Below, in pieces: positions 1 to 11,800 of a stretch of DNA of 64,000 nucleotides. Made by a program: the position numbers and the translations under genes. The notes beneath the pieces are model-generated. The model searched no databases. It saw only the letters and a program-made list of their open reading frames with translations, and had not been told where the DNA came from. This DNA is from Limnochordia bacterium (GTDB lineage: Bacteria; Bacillota; Limnochordia; DTU080): contig JBMNJG010000004.1 of the NCBI GenBank assembly GCA_050951545.1, forward strand, positions 224,001-288,000, in the 5' to 3' direction. Numbering within the stretch: the first letter of the stretch is position 1; each line of letters starts with the position of its first letter.

Positions 1-2
1 TG

Positions 3-290
3 GCACGGGTGACGAACATGGTTCAGACTATGAAACGCTTGAAAGAAGCGGGGCTCTGGGTGGTGGGGGCGGAGATGTCTGCCGAGCGTACTCTTTGGGA
101 GGCGGATCTTACGGGCCCCTTGGCGGTAGTTGTCGGCTCTGAAGGGGCGGGGCTGGGCCGGCTGGTGACCGAGCGTTGTGATTTCTTGGTTCGTCTTCCT
201 ATGCGCGGACGTGTCAATTCCTTGAATGCTTCAGTCGCCGGCTCATTGGTCTTGTTTGAAGTCCTTCGCCAGCGCCATCAGCTGGTATAG
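3..290 (+). CDS. rlmB: 23S rRNA (guanosine-2'-O)-methyltransferase RlmB, TrmH/SpoU family, 5'-truncated by the window edge
   Basis: SpoU motifs VVGSEGAGL and LPMRGRVNSLNASVAG; usual position upstream of sigH. Confidence 0.85.
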   Translation, partial: ARVTNMVQTMKRLKEAGLWVVGAEMSAERTLWEADLTGPLAVVVGSEGAGLGRLVTERCDFLVRLPMRGRVNSLNASVAGSLVLFEVLRQRHQLV

Positions 291-342
291 CGAGACGATA
301 GGTGGTACAGAATAACTCGCGATCTTCCGCAACGGCGGGAGG

Positions 343-1689
343 GTGGCGAGTGAGATGCGTCGACCAGGTTGGCTCGTCGCGGCGATCCTAATATGTATGC
401 TTCTAGGCTATGGCTCGGCCCGATGGCTGGTCTGGGCGAGACTCTCTCGTGAGGTCGTAACGGGTGGCAACAAGCTACCCATCAAGACCGAGGCCAGTTT
501 CTTCGAGGCGTTGGACCGCCTCGAAGAAAAGCTTCTGGGTGGCACTCTGCAACTGGTGGCGGGAGACCAAGCTTGGGACCTGATTGGATCAGAGTTAGGT
601 GTGCATCTGGACCGTGTGGGTATGTGGCGCGACGCCGCAGGACGCCCACCCGAAGGATACCTGGCTTTTCTTCTGCGCACAGCTCAGCCACGAAATCTGC
701 CAATGCGTCTTATCTACGATGAGGCGTCGCTGAATGAGCGTCTAGCCATGATCGGCCAAGAGCTTTGGCGTGCCCCCCGCAACGCCCGTCTTGATCAGGT
801 TACCAAAGCCATCGTAAAAGAAGAAAGCGGACAGGCACTGGACATCGCGGCAACCCGCGCACGTCTGCTGGATGGTTGGCGTGCGGGAGAGCACCAGGTC
901 TTCGCTGTCGTTCAGAGCATTCCGCCTGCGACTACTGCTGAGACCCTGCGCGGCCTCGGCGTGCGGCATGTCTTGGCTCGCTTCTCCAGCTACTTCGATC
1001 CCGCCCAAGAGGGTCGAGTTGGCAACATTCGGATGGCCGCTAGTCTCCTCGACGGAGTCCTTCTGCGACCAGGCGAAGTGTTCTCATTCAACACAGTGAT
1101 CGGGCCGCGCACGCTCGAGCGAGGCTTTCGCGTTGCTCCTGAGATTGTTAACCAGGAGATGGTTTCAGGAGTTGGAGGTGGGATCTGTCAGGTCTCGTCC
1201 ACTCTTTATAATGCGGCCTTGCTCTCAGGGCTAGAGATCCTGGAGCGCCGGCATCACTCACGGCCTCTAGGTTACATAGGCATGGGTCGAGATGCCACCG
1301 TGTACTACGGAGCCATTGATTTCCGCTTCGCTAACCCTCATTCGTTTCCTATCTTGTTGTCTAGTGAGGTCGTGGCAAACCGAGTCACCATCTCAGTGTG
1401 GGCCTCCAGCAACCTACCGATAAGCTACGCCGTGATCGCTGAAGAGCCAGAGACGCTCCCTGCTGGCACGATCATCGAGAACGATCCTTGCATGCCTTTC
1501 GGGGAACCTGTCACCGTCAAAGAAGGACAACTGGGGTGGCGCGTCAACACGTGGCTGGCTGTGTTGGGGGCTGATGGTTCGGAAATGTGGCGAGAGCCCA
1601 TATCTCAGGATGTGTATCCCCCACAGCCATCTGTGCAACGTCAGAACTTAGCCGAGCCTTCGCTATCGCGGACTATCTCTACCCTGTGA
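343..1689 (+). CDS. VanW family protein (N-terminal membrane anchor, VanW domain, probable C-terminal G5 domain)
   Basis: VanW motifs GEVFSFN..GPRT...GGGICQVSSTLYNA..RRHHSRP..GRDATV. Confidence 0.85.
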   Translation: MASEMRRPGWLVAAILICMLLGYGSARWLVWARLSREVVTGGNKLPIKTEASFFEALDRLEEKLLGGTLQLVAGDQAWDLIGSELGVHLDRVGMWRDAAGRPPEGYLAFLLRTAQPRNLPMRLIYDEASLNERLAMIGQELWRAPRNARLDQVTKAIVKEESGQALDIAATRARLLDGWRAGEHQVFAVVQSIPPATTAETLRGLGVRHVLARFSSYFDPAQEGRVGNIRMAASLLDGVLLRPGEVFSFNTVIGPRTLERGFRVAPEIVNQEMVSGVGGGICQVSSTLYNAALLSGLEILERRHHSRPLGYIGMGRDATVYYGAIDFRFANPHSFPILLSSEVVANRVTISVWASSNLPISYAVIAEEPETLPAGTIIENDPCMPFGEPVTVKEGQLGWRVNTWLAVLGADGSEMWREPISQDVYPPQPSVQRQNLAEPSLSRTISTL

Positions 1690-1761
1690 CTGGCCCTTCG
1701 CTGGCGGAGGCTTTCCCACATATTCCGACACATCGCCTGAGCTCGTCGCTGTACCCACGCC

Positions 1762-1790
1762 TTGACGCTCTCCAGTGAGTGATGTATAAT
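1762..1790 (+). promoter_or_regulatory. sigma-A-type promoter upstream of sigH
   Basis: TTGACG-17 bp-TATAAT. Confidence 0.7.
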
Positions 1791-2001
1791 AACGCTAGAT
1801 TTTGGCCTGGAAAGCCCTTGTGAAGCTGATCCTCGCAAGTAAGGGCTTGCTAGAACCCCTGGTTGTACCTTTTTTTCAATGTATCGGGGTTTTTCTCCTT
1901 TATGTGGCAAAACCCAAAGGTCATTGTGGACAAGCTGACACCTTACCGACTTTTGTGTTTCACGATGATGGCCCCGGAGCTTCTTGTTGGAGGAGATGCG
2001 A

Positions 2002-2664
2002 TTGAGCGTCTACGCGGAGCGAAGCTACTACGCTGTATATGAGAGTCTGTGTGATGAAGAGGTAGTGGCCTTTGCTCGAGGTGGGGATGAGGTAGCCCAG
2101 GAGTACCTGATCAGCAAGTATCGCAACTTCGTACGAGCCAAAGCCCGGTCTTATTTTCTCATCGGAGCTGATCGCGAGGACATCATCCAAGAAGGTATGA
2201 TTGGGCTGTACAAGGCCATACGCGACTTTCGACCCGACAAGCTTGCTTCCTTCCGGGCCTTCGCAGAGTTGTGTATCACAAGGCAGATCATCACCGCAAT
2301 CAAAACAGCCACCCGGCAGAAGCACATCCCTCTCAACTCATACGTGTCACTTAACAAACCCATCTATGATGAGGAATCAGATCGCACTCTGATGGATATT
2401 ATTTCGGGCAGCAAGGTAACAGATCCTGAAGAACTGGTCATTAGTCGCGAGGAGTTCATAGATATCGAGGGTAAGATGAGTGAATTCCTCAGCGAGCTAG
2501 AATGGAACGTACTAATGTTCTACTTGGAAGGCAAGTCTTATCAGGAGATCGCTGAAGAGCTGTCGAGACACGTCAAGTCTATTGACAACGCCCTGCAGCG
2601 GGTTAAGCGCAAGTTAGAGCGCTATCTCGAAAAACGCGAAAGCGAAATGGCACGCCAAGCTTGA
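2002..2664 (+). CDS. sigH: RNA polymerase sigma-H factor
   Basis: KARSYFLIGADREDIIQEGMIGLYKAIRDF and KSIDNALQRVKRKL; TTG start placed after GGAGG. Confidence 0.95.
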   Translation: MSVYAERSYYAVYESLCDEEVVAFARGGDEVAQEYLISKYRNFVRAKARSYFLIGADREDIIQEGMIGLYKAIRDFRPDKLASFRAFAELCITRQIITAIKTATRQKHIPLNSYVSLNKPIYDEESDRTLMDIISGSKVTDPEELVISREEFIDIEGKMSEFLSELEWNVLMFYLEGKSYQEIAEELSRHVKSIDNALQRVKRKLERYLEKRESEMARQA

Positions 2665-2689
2665 CAGTACCAGCAGAGGATGCTAGAGT
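2661..2689 (+). promoter_or_regulatory. promoter for tRNA-Thr
   Basis: TTGACA-17 bp-TAGAGT with TG extension. Confidence 0.6.
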
Positions 2690-2722
2690 GATTCATGCTA
2701 GCAGCGGCGATGTCTTCGGAAT

Positions 2723-2798
2723 GCCAGCGTAGCTCAATTGGCAGAGCACCCGCCTTGTAAGCGGGAGGTTGCGGGTTCGATTCCCACCGCTGGCTCCA
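2723..2798 (+). tRNA. tRNA-Thr(TGT)
   Basis: Cloverleaf; anticodon arm CCCGC-CTTGTAA-GCGGG; GTTCGA T-loop; encoded CCA. Confidence 0.95.
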
Positions 2799-2844
2799 AC
2801 TTCTCTTAGCCATGAGAACCCTAGCGTTAGTGCTTCGAGAGGTC

Positions 2845-2873
2845 TTGACAACCCACCAACAGGATGTTACGAT
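2845..2873 (+). promoter_or_regulatory. promoter for tRNA-Tyr/tRNA-fMet
   Basis: TTGACA-17 bp-TACGAT with TG extension. Confidence 0.6.
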
Positions 2874-2894
2874 TGTATTCGTTGCTCGTAACGT

Positions 2895-2980
<86 letters not shown>

Positions 2981-2985
2981 TATGT

Positions 2986-3062
2986 CGCGGGGTGGAGCAG
3001 CCAGGTAGCTCGTCGGGCTCATAACCCGAAGGTTGTCGGTTCAAATCCGGCCCCCGCAACCA
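2986..3062 (+). tRNA. initiator tRNA-fMet(CAT)
   Basis: CGCGGGG start with C1:A72 mismatch; GGG/CCC anticodon stem; CAT anticodon. Confidence 0.95.
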
Positions 3063-3065
3063 AGC

Positions 3066-3107
3066 AGCAGAGTCTGTGTCTCGTAAAGGCGCAGACTCTG
3101 CTCTTTT
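3066..3107 (+). terminator. intrinsic terminator after tRNA-fMet
   Basis: AGCAGAGTCTGTGTCT/AGGCGCAGACTCTGCT stem followed by CTTTT. Confidence 0.65.
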
Positions 3108-3192
3108 ATCCGCAGTGGCGTCATTATTCATTTCATCGATATTTGGTGTAGACGAGGGCCGAGGTGGTGTGGTACAATGCATCGTGTGGCAG

Positions 3193-3270
3193 GCCCGTAT
3201 AGCTCAGCCGAGGCAGAGCGCACCCTTGGTAAGGGTGAGGTCGCCGGTTCGACTCCGGCTACGGGCTCCA
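3193..3270 (+). tRNA. tRNA-Thr(GGT)
   Basis: Acceptor stem GCCCGTA/TACGGGC; anticodon arm CACCC-TTGGTAA-GGGTG; encoded CCA. Confidence 0.93.
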
Positions 3271-3285
3271 GCCTCTACAAGGGGA

Positions 3286-3313
3286 AGGCTCACCGGCTGG
3301 TGGGCCTTTTTTT
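3286..3313 (+). terminator. intrinsic terminator after tRNA-Thr(GGT)
   Basis: AGGCTCACC/GGTGGGCCT stem plus T7. Confidence 0.7.
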
Positions 3314-3464
3314 CTGACGAAGGGCCGCGGACGGTGAGTTTCTGTGGCAGGAAAAACGAGAGGTGTAAAGAATTGGCCACGGGGCACACCAGTGCGTAGT
3401 AGGTCCCTTATTTCCACTTGCTCCGCGCCTGCCGGAGCAAGTGTCGAGACGAGGAGTGATCAAT

Positions 3465-4664
<1,200 letters not shown>

Positions 4665-4827
4665 CACGACAGCGCCTACAGACTCAGACGCCGCGCTCCT
4701 CTGAGGGAAATAGGCCACTGCATAGCTTGCGGATGGTTGGGAAATCCTACCACGCAAAGGCACAGCGGCCGTCAAGAGAAGGCGACTCGAAACTGGCCAA
4801 GTCCGTGTTTTCGAAGGCCTTCCCACG

Positions 4828-4856
4828 TTGACAGGTACAGGGGAGTGTGTTAGAGT
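4828..4856 (+). promoter_or_regulatory. promoter of rpmG-secE-nusG
   Basis: TTGACA-17 bp-TAGAGT with TG extension. Confidence 0.6.
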
Positions 4857-4894
4857 CGGATGGTAATGCCGTTGTGACCTGGAGGTGATCTGGG

Positions 4895-5044
4895 ATGCGT
4901 GTGGGGGTTACTCTCGAATGCACCCAGTGTAAAAATCGCAATTACCGAACGATGAAAAATCGCCGTAACGATCCCGACAGGCTCGAGCTGAAGAAGTACT
5001 GCCCCACGTGCCGCACGCACACGTCTCATCGCGAGACACGCTAA
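4895..5044 (+). CDS. rpmG: 50S ribosomal protein L33, Zn-binding type (absent from the ORF track)
   Basis: Hand translation [49 protein letters not shown]; RBS GGAGGTG. Confidence 0.95.
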   Translation: MRVGVTLECTQCKNRNYRTMKNRRNDPDRLELKKYCPTCRTHTSHRETR

Positions 5045-5058
5045 AGGATGTGAAGGCA

Positions 5059-5283
5059 ATGGCAGTTGCAAAGGGTGCGCGGCGACCGCTACGCGAGCGA
5101 CTGAAACGCTATTTTCGGGAGTCGAGGGCCGAACTACGCAAAGTTAGCTGGCCCAATCGCAAGGAGCTGACGACCTACACATTGGTGGTCATTTTCACTA
5201 CCGCAGTTGTCTCTATCTTTGTTGGCCTGGTAGACCTCCTGTTTAGTCAGCTGTTTGGCCTACTCCGTCTTGTAGGGAGGTGA
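5059..5283 (+). CDS. secE: preprotein translocase subunit SecE
   Basis: ELRKVSWP motif followed by one TM helix; synteny. Confidence 0.92.
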   Translation: MAVAKGARRPLRERLKRYFRESRAELRKVSWPNRKELTTYTLVVIFTTAVVSIFVGLVDLLFSQLFGLLRLVGR

Positions 5284-5336
5284 GGAGTGAGGACCAGTGT
5301 TGTGTTCTCGCTCCTGCAAGTGTGCTCAAGGATAAC

Positions 5337-5927
5337 ATGAAAGAAGAAGCTGCAGAAGAACGCATGGACATTGATGCGTTTCTTGACGTTGGCAGCGATA
5401 TTGACAAGGATTGGTACGTCATCCATACCTACTCCGGTTATGAGAACAAGGTGAAGGCTAACCTTGAACGGCGTGTGGAGTCTATGGGTATGGAGGACAA
5501 GATTTTTCGTGTCCTTGTGCCCACCGAAGAAGAGATTGACTTCAAAGACGGTAAGAAGCGCATAATCAAGAAAAAGGTCTTCCCAGGTTACGTCTTGGTA
5601 GAGATGCTGATGAGTGATGATTCATGGTATGTAGTGCGCAATACGCCAGGTGTTACGGGCTTTGTGGGCTCCGGATCCAAACCGATTCCTTTGGACCGAG
5701 AAGAGGTCAAGACGATACTCAAGCAGATGGGCTTCGACGAAGGACGTCCCCGAGTGGCCTTTAACGTGGGGGATGCGATTCGCGTGGTCTCGGGTCCTTT
5801 CGCTAACTTCGACGGAGGGATCGAGGAAGTGAACATCGAGCGAGGGAAAGTACGGGTCGTCATCTCGATGTTCGGACGCGACACCCCTATAGAGCTTGAC
5901 TTTGAGCAGATAGAGAAGCTGTCATAA
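5337..5927 (+). CDS. nusG: transcription termination/antitermination factor NusG (start uncertain)
   Basis: WYVIHTYSGYENKVK, FPGYVLVEM and KOW motif. Confidence 0.95.
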   Translation: MKEEAAEERMDIDAFLDVGSDIDKDWYVIHTYSGYENKVKANLERRVESMGMEDKIFRVLVPTEEEIDFKDGKKRIIKKKVFPGYVLVEMLMSDDSWYVVRNTPGVTGFVGSGSKPIPLDREEVKTILKQMGFDEGRPRVAFNVGDAIRVVSGPFANFDGGIEEVNIERGKVRVVISMFGRDTPIELDFEQIEKLS

Positions 5928-5953
5928 CGCTCTGGCAGGCTCGTGGTGGGGAA

Positions 5954-5984
5954 GTGGGAGGGCCAATGGGCCCGTTACGACCAC
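5954..5984 (+). promoter_or_regulatory. L1-binding mRNA operator upstream of rplK
   Basis: GTGGGAG-hairpin-ACCAC motif immediately before the RBS. Confidence 0.65.
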
Positions 5985-6002
5985 ATTCTGAGGAGGATTT
6001 AC

Positions 6003-6428
6003 GTGGCCAAGAAGATCATCGCGATTGTGAAACTACAGTGCCCTGCTGGTAAGGCGACGCCCGCGCCTCCGGTGGGACCGGCGTTGGGTCAACACGCCGT
6101 AAACATCATGGAGTTTGTCAAGGCGTTTAACGAGCGAACCGCCCATCAGGCCGGTATGATTATCCCGGCAGAGATCACGGTCTATGCCGATCGTTCGTTT
6201 ACGTTCATCACGAAAACTCCGCCTGCATCTGTGCTGTTGAAGAAAGCCGCTGGCCTGGAAAAGGGCTCGGGTACGCCGAACACGGCCAAGGTGGCCACGG
6301 TTACCCAAGACCAGGTGCGGGAGATTGCTACCCTAAAGATGGCGGATCTCAATGCGGCGAGCGTTGATTCGGCTGCGCGAATGATCGCCGGGACTGCTCG
6401 CAGCATGGGCATTGTGGTCAAGGGGTAG
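6003..6428 (+). CDS. rplK: 50S ribosomal protein L11
   Basis: [16 protein letters not shown] motif. Confidence 0.97.
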   Translation: MAKKIIAIVKLQCPAGKATPAPPVGPALGQHAVNIMEFVKAFNERTAHQAGMIIPAEITVYADRSFTFITKTPPASVLLKKAAGLEKGSGTPNTAKVATVTQDQVREIATLKMADLNAASVDSAARMIAGTARSMGIVVKG

Positions 6429-6452
6429 TGTCGCCATAGTAGGGACAGGTCT

Positions 6453-6482
6453 GTGGGAGGCGCTTTGCGCCGTTTGAACCAC
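6453..6482 (+). promoter_or_regulatory. second L1-binding operator upstream of rplA
   Basis: GTGGGAGGCGC..GCGCC..AACCAC, same architecture as 5954-5984. Confidence 0.6.
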
Positions 6483-6497
6483 GAGGAGGATAATCAT

Positions 6498-7205
6498 ATG
6501 GCCAAGCGCAGTAAAAGGTATAAGACCGTAAGCGAGTTAGTCGATCCAGAGAAGTACTATTCCCCGGCCGAGGCTGTGGACCTCATCAAGCAAACGGCTA
6601 CAGCCAAGTTTGACGAGTCGGTCGATGTGGCTCTAAAATTGGGTGTGGACCCTCGTCATGCTGATCAACAGGTGCGCGGTACGGTAGTCTTGCCTCACGG
6701 CCTCGGCAAAAGCGTCCGCGTTGCAGTGTTCGCGCAGGGCGAGAAGGCCCGAGAAGCCGAAGAGGCTGGAGCGGATCTCGTCGGGGGCGAGGATCTCGCA
6801 GCCCAAGTGCAGGCAGGACAGATTGAGTTTGACGTGGCCATTGCCACCCCTGACATGATGAGTATTGTTGGACGCCTAGGCCGGATTTTGGGTCCTCGGG
6901 GTTTGATGCCGAATCCCCGAGCTGGCACGGTGACCTTTGACATTGAGCAAGCAGTGAAGGAATTTAAGGCGGGTAAGGTGGAGTATCGGGTAAATCGGGA
7001 TGCTGGTGTCTATGTGGTCATCGGCAAAGCTTCGTTTACACCTGAGGCACTTCAGGAGAATTTCACCGTCTTTATGGATGCCATTTTGCGGGCTAGGCCT
7101 GCAGCGGCAAAAGGGAATTACCTGCGCAAAGTAGCGATCTCGACATCGATGGGCCCGGGGATCAAGATTGATCCACAAGAGCTGGTCGCCACGAAAACGC
7201 GCTAG
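6498..7205 (+). CDS. rplA: 50S ribosomal protein L1
   Basis: KFDESVD..LGVDPR..DQQVRG and [10 protein letters not shown]. Confidence 0.97.
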   Translation: MAKRSKRYKTVSELVDPEKYYSPAEAVDLIKQTATAKFDESVDVALKLGVDPRHADQQVRGTVVLPHGLGKSVRVAVFAQGEKAREAEEAGADLVGGEDLAAQVQAGQIEFDVAIATPDMMSIVGRLGRILGPRGLMPNPRAGTVTFDIEQAVKEFKAGKVEYRVNRDAGVYVVIGKASFTPEALQENFTVFMDAILRARPAAAKGNYLRKVAISTSMGPGIKIDPQELVATKTR

Positions 7206-7253
7206 CGCAGTTAGTCCAAGTGGAAGAACGGGCAACTGAATAGGATTTGAGTA

Positions 7254-7420
7254 GCCATAGACAGCTGGTGCTTTCTGCCCTGTATCGAGGGGCGGAGCTT
7301 AAGGAGCCCACAGCTCGCCTGCCGAGGCTTGTGAAAAGTCCCACGTACCATGCGGGATCTTTCGCGAGTAGAGCGCGGGTACTGGTCCGTGCGTCTATCA
7401 GCTGCGGAGGATCCTTTTTC
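7254..7420 (+). ncRNA. L10 leader (rplJL autoregulatory element)
   Basis: GCCATAGACAGCTGGTGC...TTAA...CCTGCCGAGG resembles the Firmicutes L10 leader consensus; upstream of rplJ. Confidence 0.7.
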
Positions 7421-7445
7421 GTGCTCAGCTGAAGGGAGGGATTCG

Positions 7446-7976
7446 ATGCCAACCCCGAAGAAAGAAGCAAAGGTTGCAGAGATCCAAGATCGGTTTTCGC
7501 GTGCGCAAGGAACTGTGCTCGCCGAATTCAGGGGTCTCGATGTGCGTGCGCTGACTGAGCTTCGCCGCCAGTCTAGAGAAGCTGGCGTGGAATTCAGGGT
7601 CCTAAAGAACACCCTGGTCACTCTAGCGGCGAATCGTGCAGGGATTGAGGGACTGGAAGATCACCTTACGGGGCCCAACGCCTATGCCTTTGGCTATGAT
7701 GATCCGGTTGCACCCGCAAAGGTATTGTCTGAGTTTGCAAAGGTACACCAGGAGCTACTCATCAAGGCTGGCGTGCTTGAGGGTAGAGTGATTGATGCTC
7801 AAGCGGTAGAGGCTCTGGCCGCGCTGCCATCTCGAGAGGTCCTTCTGGCCCAGCTGTTACAGGTCATGCAAGGCCCAATTAGCGGGCTGGTCAATGTCTT
7901 GCAGGGCACGCTGGGTAGTCTTGTCTACGCCCTAGAGGCGGTGCGCCAGAAGAAAGAGCAAGAGGCAAATGCCTAA
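7446..7976 (+). CDS. rplJ: 50S ribosomal protein L10
   Basis: RVLKNTL and LPSREVLLAQ motifs. Confidence 0.96.
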   Translation: MPTPKKEAKVAEIQDRFSRAQGTVLAEFRGLDVRALTELRRQSREAGVEFRVLKNTLVTLAANRAGIEGLEDHLTGPNAYAFGYDDPVAPAKVLSEFAKVHQELLIKAGVLEGRVIDAQAVEALAALPSREVLLAQLLQVMQGPISGLVNVLQGTLGSLVYALEAVRQKKEQEANA

Positions 7977-8024
7977 GGTAGGTCCTCTGGACGACCTAGG
8001 ACGTTTTTGAGGGGGTACATTACA

Positions 8025-8396
8025 GTGGCACATGAGGAACTGATCCAGACCATTGAGAAGATGACTGTTCTGGAGCTATCGGAGCTAGTAAAGGCTCTGG
8101 AGGAGCGATTTGGCGTAAGCGCTGCGGCACCTGTAGCCGTGGCTGCTGCGGGCGGACCTGCTGCGGCGGCTGCCGAGGCGGAGCAGACGGAGTTTGACGT
8201 CATCCTGACAGCTTATGGAGACAAGAAGATCCAGGTTATTAAGGTGGTACGTGAACTCACAGGTCTTGGCCTCAAGGAAGCCAAGGATCTCGTGGATAGC
8301 GCGCCAAAGCCAGTCAAGGAAGGCATTGACAAGGCTGCAGCCGAGGAGATCAAAGCTAAGCTGGAAGAGGCGGGAGCTACAGTCGAGGTTAAGTAA
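8025..8396 (+). CDS. rplL: 50S ribosomal protein L7/L12
   Basis: Ala-rich hinge; [20 protein letters not shown]. Confidence 0.97.
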   Translation: MAHEELIQTIEKMTVLELSELVKALEERFGVSAAAPVAVAAAGGPAAAAAEAEQTEFDVILTAYGDKKIQVIKVVRELTGLGLKEAKDLVDSAPKPVKEGIDKAAAEEIKAKLEEAGATVEVK

Positions 8397-8406
8397 GCAA
8401 CCTTGT

Positions 8407-8444
8407 GGGTGTGCTCGCGGGCCCTACGACCCGCGAGCACACTC
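8407..8444 (+). terminator. strong hairpin after rplL (terminator or processing site)
   Basis: GGGTGTGCTCGCGGG/CCCGCGAGCACACTC stem; no clear U-tract. Confidence 0.5.
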
Positions 8445-8868
8445 AGAATAAGTAATTGACAGGGCTCTAGCCAAGTGATAAACTACATGGGTGCCACGTC
8501 CGCGGCGGCCAAGTGCTGTTGCCTGTCAATATTTCTCTAAAAAAGTGCATAAGTGTAGCCACGCTTACAGAGGCTATAAGGTACGGGGCGCCCCCAGACA
8601 TGGTGCTTTTTGCTGCAGCAGGAAGGAGGGGTCCTTTTCTGTCTGTCAGGTACGCGGACAAAGCATTACCTCAGTGGCCGCGCAAAAGGGTTGACACGGG
8701 AAATGGTTGGGTGCTGCTATGACTATTCGCCGCCTATTGCCAGAAGCCTGCTGCTTTGCGGAAGTGCACTGATGCGTTCGACTCTGTAGGTGACGGCTTG
8801 CCACGGTGGATGAAGAGTGCCCATGTCGATAGTGCAGCGTAGAAGGATTTACGAAGGAGTGGGGCATA

Positions 8869-11800
8869 TTGGCAATAGCAACTCAGCTGGGGAAGCGCCA
8901 GAGGATCTCATTCGGGAAGATCCACGAGGTCCTCGAGATGCCCGATCTGATCGAGGTCCAGAGGAAATCGTATGCGGCGTTTCTGCGTGAAGGTCTGATT
9001 GAGGTATTTGCCGATATTTCACCAATCCAGGACTTCACAGGCAATCTTGTGCTCGAGTTCATTGACTACGTCCTCGGCGAACCCAAGTACGACATTGCTG
9101 AGTGCAAGGACCGCGATGTCACTTACGCTGCTCCTTTGAGGGTTCGTGTCCGCCTGATCAACAAAGAGACTGGCGAAGTCAAGGAGCAAGAGGTCTTCAT
9201 GGGTGATTTTCCCCTGATGACCGACAATGGGACATTCATTATCAATGGCGCGGAGCGCGTAGTCGTCAGTCAGCTTGTCAGGTCTTCCGGTGTTTACTTT
9301 GACCGAGTGTACGATACGAGCGGCAAAATCCTATTCAAGGCCAGCATTATTCCGAACCGCGGGGCCTGGCTGGAGTTCGAGTGCGATGCCAACGATTGCA
9401 TCTATGTGCGCGTGGATCGCACCCGGAAGATTCCTGCCACGGTCTTGTTGCGCGCTCTGGGCTATGGAACAAACGCGAAGATCAACGACCTCTTTCAGGA
9501 CGCAGAGCCGATTCGGGCAACGCTTGAGCGTGATAACACCGAAAGTGAAGCTGAGGCTCTAGTTGAGATCTACAAGCGGTTGCGACCTGGGGAGCCTCCA
9601 ACGGAGGAAAGCGCTCGAGCGCTGTTTGAAACACTTTTCTACGACCCGAAGCGCTACGATCTCGCCGGAGTCGGCCGTTACAAGGCGAATAAAAAGCTTC
9701 GCATGATGCCACGCATTGTTGGGCGCATAGCCGTGGAGCCTGTTGTGGTTCCTGAGACGGGTGAGATCCTAATAGATGCGGGTATGAAGATCGATCGTCG
9801 ACAGGCAGAGCAGGTAGAGAAGGCTGGTATCGCTAGCGTCGTCATCGAAGGACGGGACGGCGTACCCGTCAAGGTGATCGGAAACGGGGCACCAGATAGT
9901 GACGTCAAGACCATTGCACCTGGGGACATTGTGGCCACCATTGACTACATTGTAGGTTTGATGTATGAGATTGGCAGTGTGGATGACATTGACCACTTGG
10001 GGAACCGCCGTCTGAAATCAGTAGGCGAGTTACTGCAGAATCAGTTCCGCATTGGCCTGTCACGCATGGAACGCGTGGTACGCGAGCGAATGACGATCCA
10101 GGATGTCGACATCATCACCCCACAGGCACTGATCAACATCAGACCCGTAGTGGCTGCTATCAAGGAGTTTTTTGGTAGCTCTCAGCTATCACAGTTTATG
10201 GACCAGACTAACCCACTTGCCGAGTTGACGCACAAACGGCGTCTTTCTGCGTTGGGACCAGGGGGTCTCTCACGCGAGCGAGCGGGCTTCGAGGTCCGCG
10301 ACGTACATCACTCCCACTACGGACGTATGTGTCCAATTGAGACCCCAGAGGGTCCGAATATCGGGCTCATTGGTAGTCTGTGCACTTACGCGCGAATCAA
10401 TGAGTACGGCTTTATCGAGACGCCCTATAGACGTGTAGACCAGGGGCGCATTTCCGATGAGATCGTATACCTGACTGCTGATGAAGAGGATAACTACGTC
10501 GTGGCCCAGGCCAATGAGCCCTTTGACGACAATGGACACTTCTTGCATCCAAGGGTTTCGGCGCGCTATATGGACAAAATCGTAATCGTTCCGGCTGATG
10601 AGATCGACTTCATGGATGTCTCGCCCAAGCAACTCGTATCTATTGCCACGGCGCTGATTCCTTTTCTGGAAAACGATGACGCCTCCCGGGCCCTCATGGG
10701 ATCCAACATGCAGCGACAGGCCGTGCCCTTGCTGAGAAGTGACGCACCCTACGTTGGCACAGGCATGGAGTTCAAGTCGGCCGTTGACTCTGGCGCTGTC
10801 ATTCTCGCCAAAGAAGACGGCGTGATAGAGCGGGTGAGTGCCTGCGAGATCGTGCTCAGAGGTGATTCGGGCCAGGAGCATCGCTACCGGCTTACCAAAT
10901 TTGCGCGTTCAAACCAAGGTACCTGCATCAACCAGCGGCCCACCTGCCAGCACGGACAGCGAGTACGAAAGGGCGAAATGCTAGCCGATGGTCCGTCTAC
11001 AGATCAGGGCGAGTTGGCCTTGGGGCGCAATGTGCTCTGCGCTTTCATGCCTTGGGAAGGTTATAACTACGAGGACGCTATTCTGATCAGCGAGAAACTC
11101 GTCAAGGAAGATGTCTTCACATCAATTCACATCGAGGAATACGAGGCGCAAGCTCGTGACACCAAGCTGGGTTCAGAAGAGATCACTCGAGACATCCCCA
11201 ATGTGGGCGAAGACGTTCTCAAAGACCTCAACGATGATGGCATTATCCGCATCGGTGCTGAGGTACGCCCCGGCGATATACTGGTCGGAAAGGTGACGCC
11301 AAAGGGTGAGACCGAGCTCACGGCTGAAGAGCGGCTCTTGAGGGCCATCTTCGGGGAGAAGGCCCGAGAGGTGCGCGACACCTCACTGCGGGTTCCCCAT
11401 GGCGAGGGTGGTGTCGTCGTCGATGTTCGCGTCTTCTCCCGGGAGAACGGGGACGAGCTTTCCCCCGGTGTTAACCGATTGGTGCGAGTCTATATAGCGC
11501 AGAAACGCAAGATATCTGAAGGCGACAAGATGGCTGGTCGACACGGCAACAAGGGTGTTGTTGCTCGTATTATGGCTGAGGAAGATATGCCATTTCTCCC
11601 AGACGGTACACCTGTCGAGATCGTCCTAAACCCCCTTGGGGTCCCCTCCCGTATGAATCTCGGGCAGGTGTTGGAAACCCATCTCGGGTTAGCGGCCAAG
11701 GCGATGGGTATCTATGTCGCTACACCAGTTTTCGACGGTGCGACTGAGAAGGAAATTGACGAGCTCTTGCGTAAGGCAGGTCAGCCAGTCGACGGAAAGT

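Noticed and set aside
1900-1960. Possible c-di-GMP-I riboswitch (GGCAAAACCC...) in the sigH leader
   Set aside because: It lacks the GNRA-capped P2 stem and the GCAAA-P3 elements of the consensus.
4665-4827. Hairpins in the tuf-rpmG gap and in the ~150-bp rplR-rpsE gap
   Set aside because: Short GC-rich stems with no recognisable RNA family or covariation evidence; I cannot support an ncRNA call.
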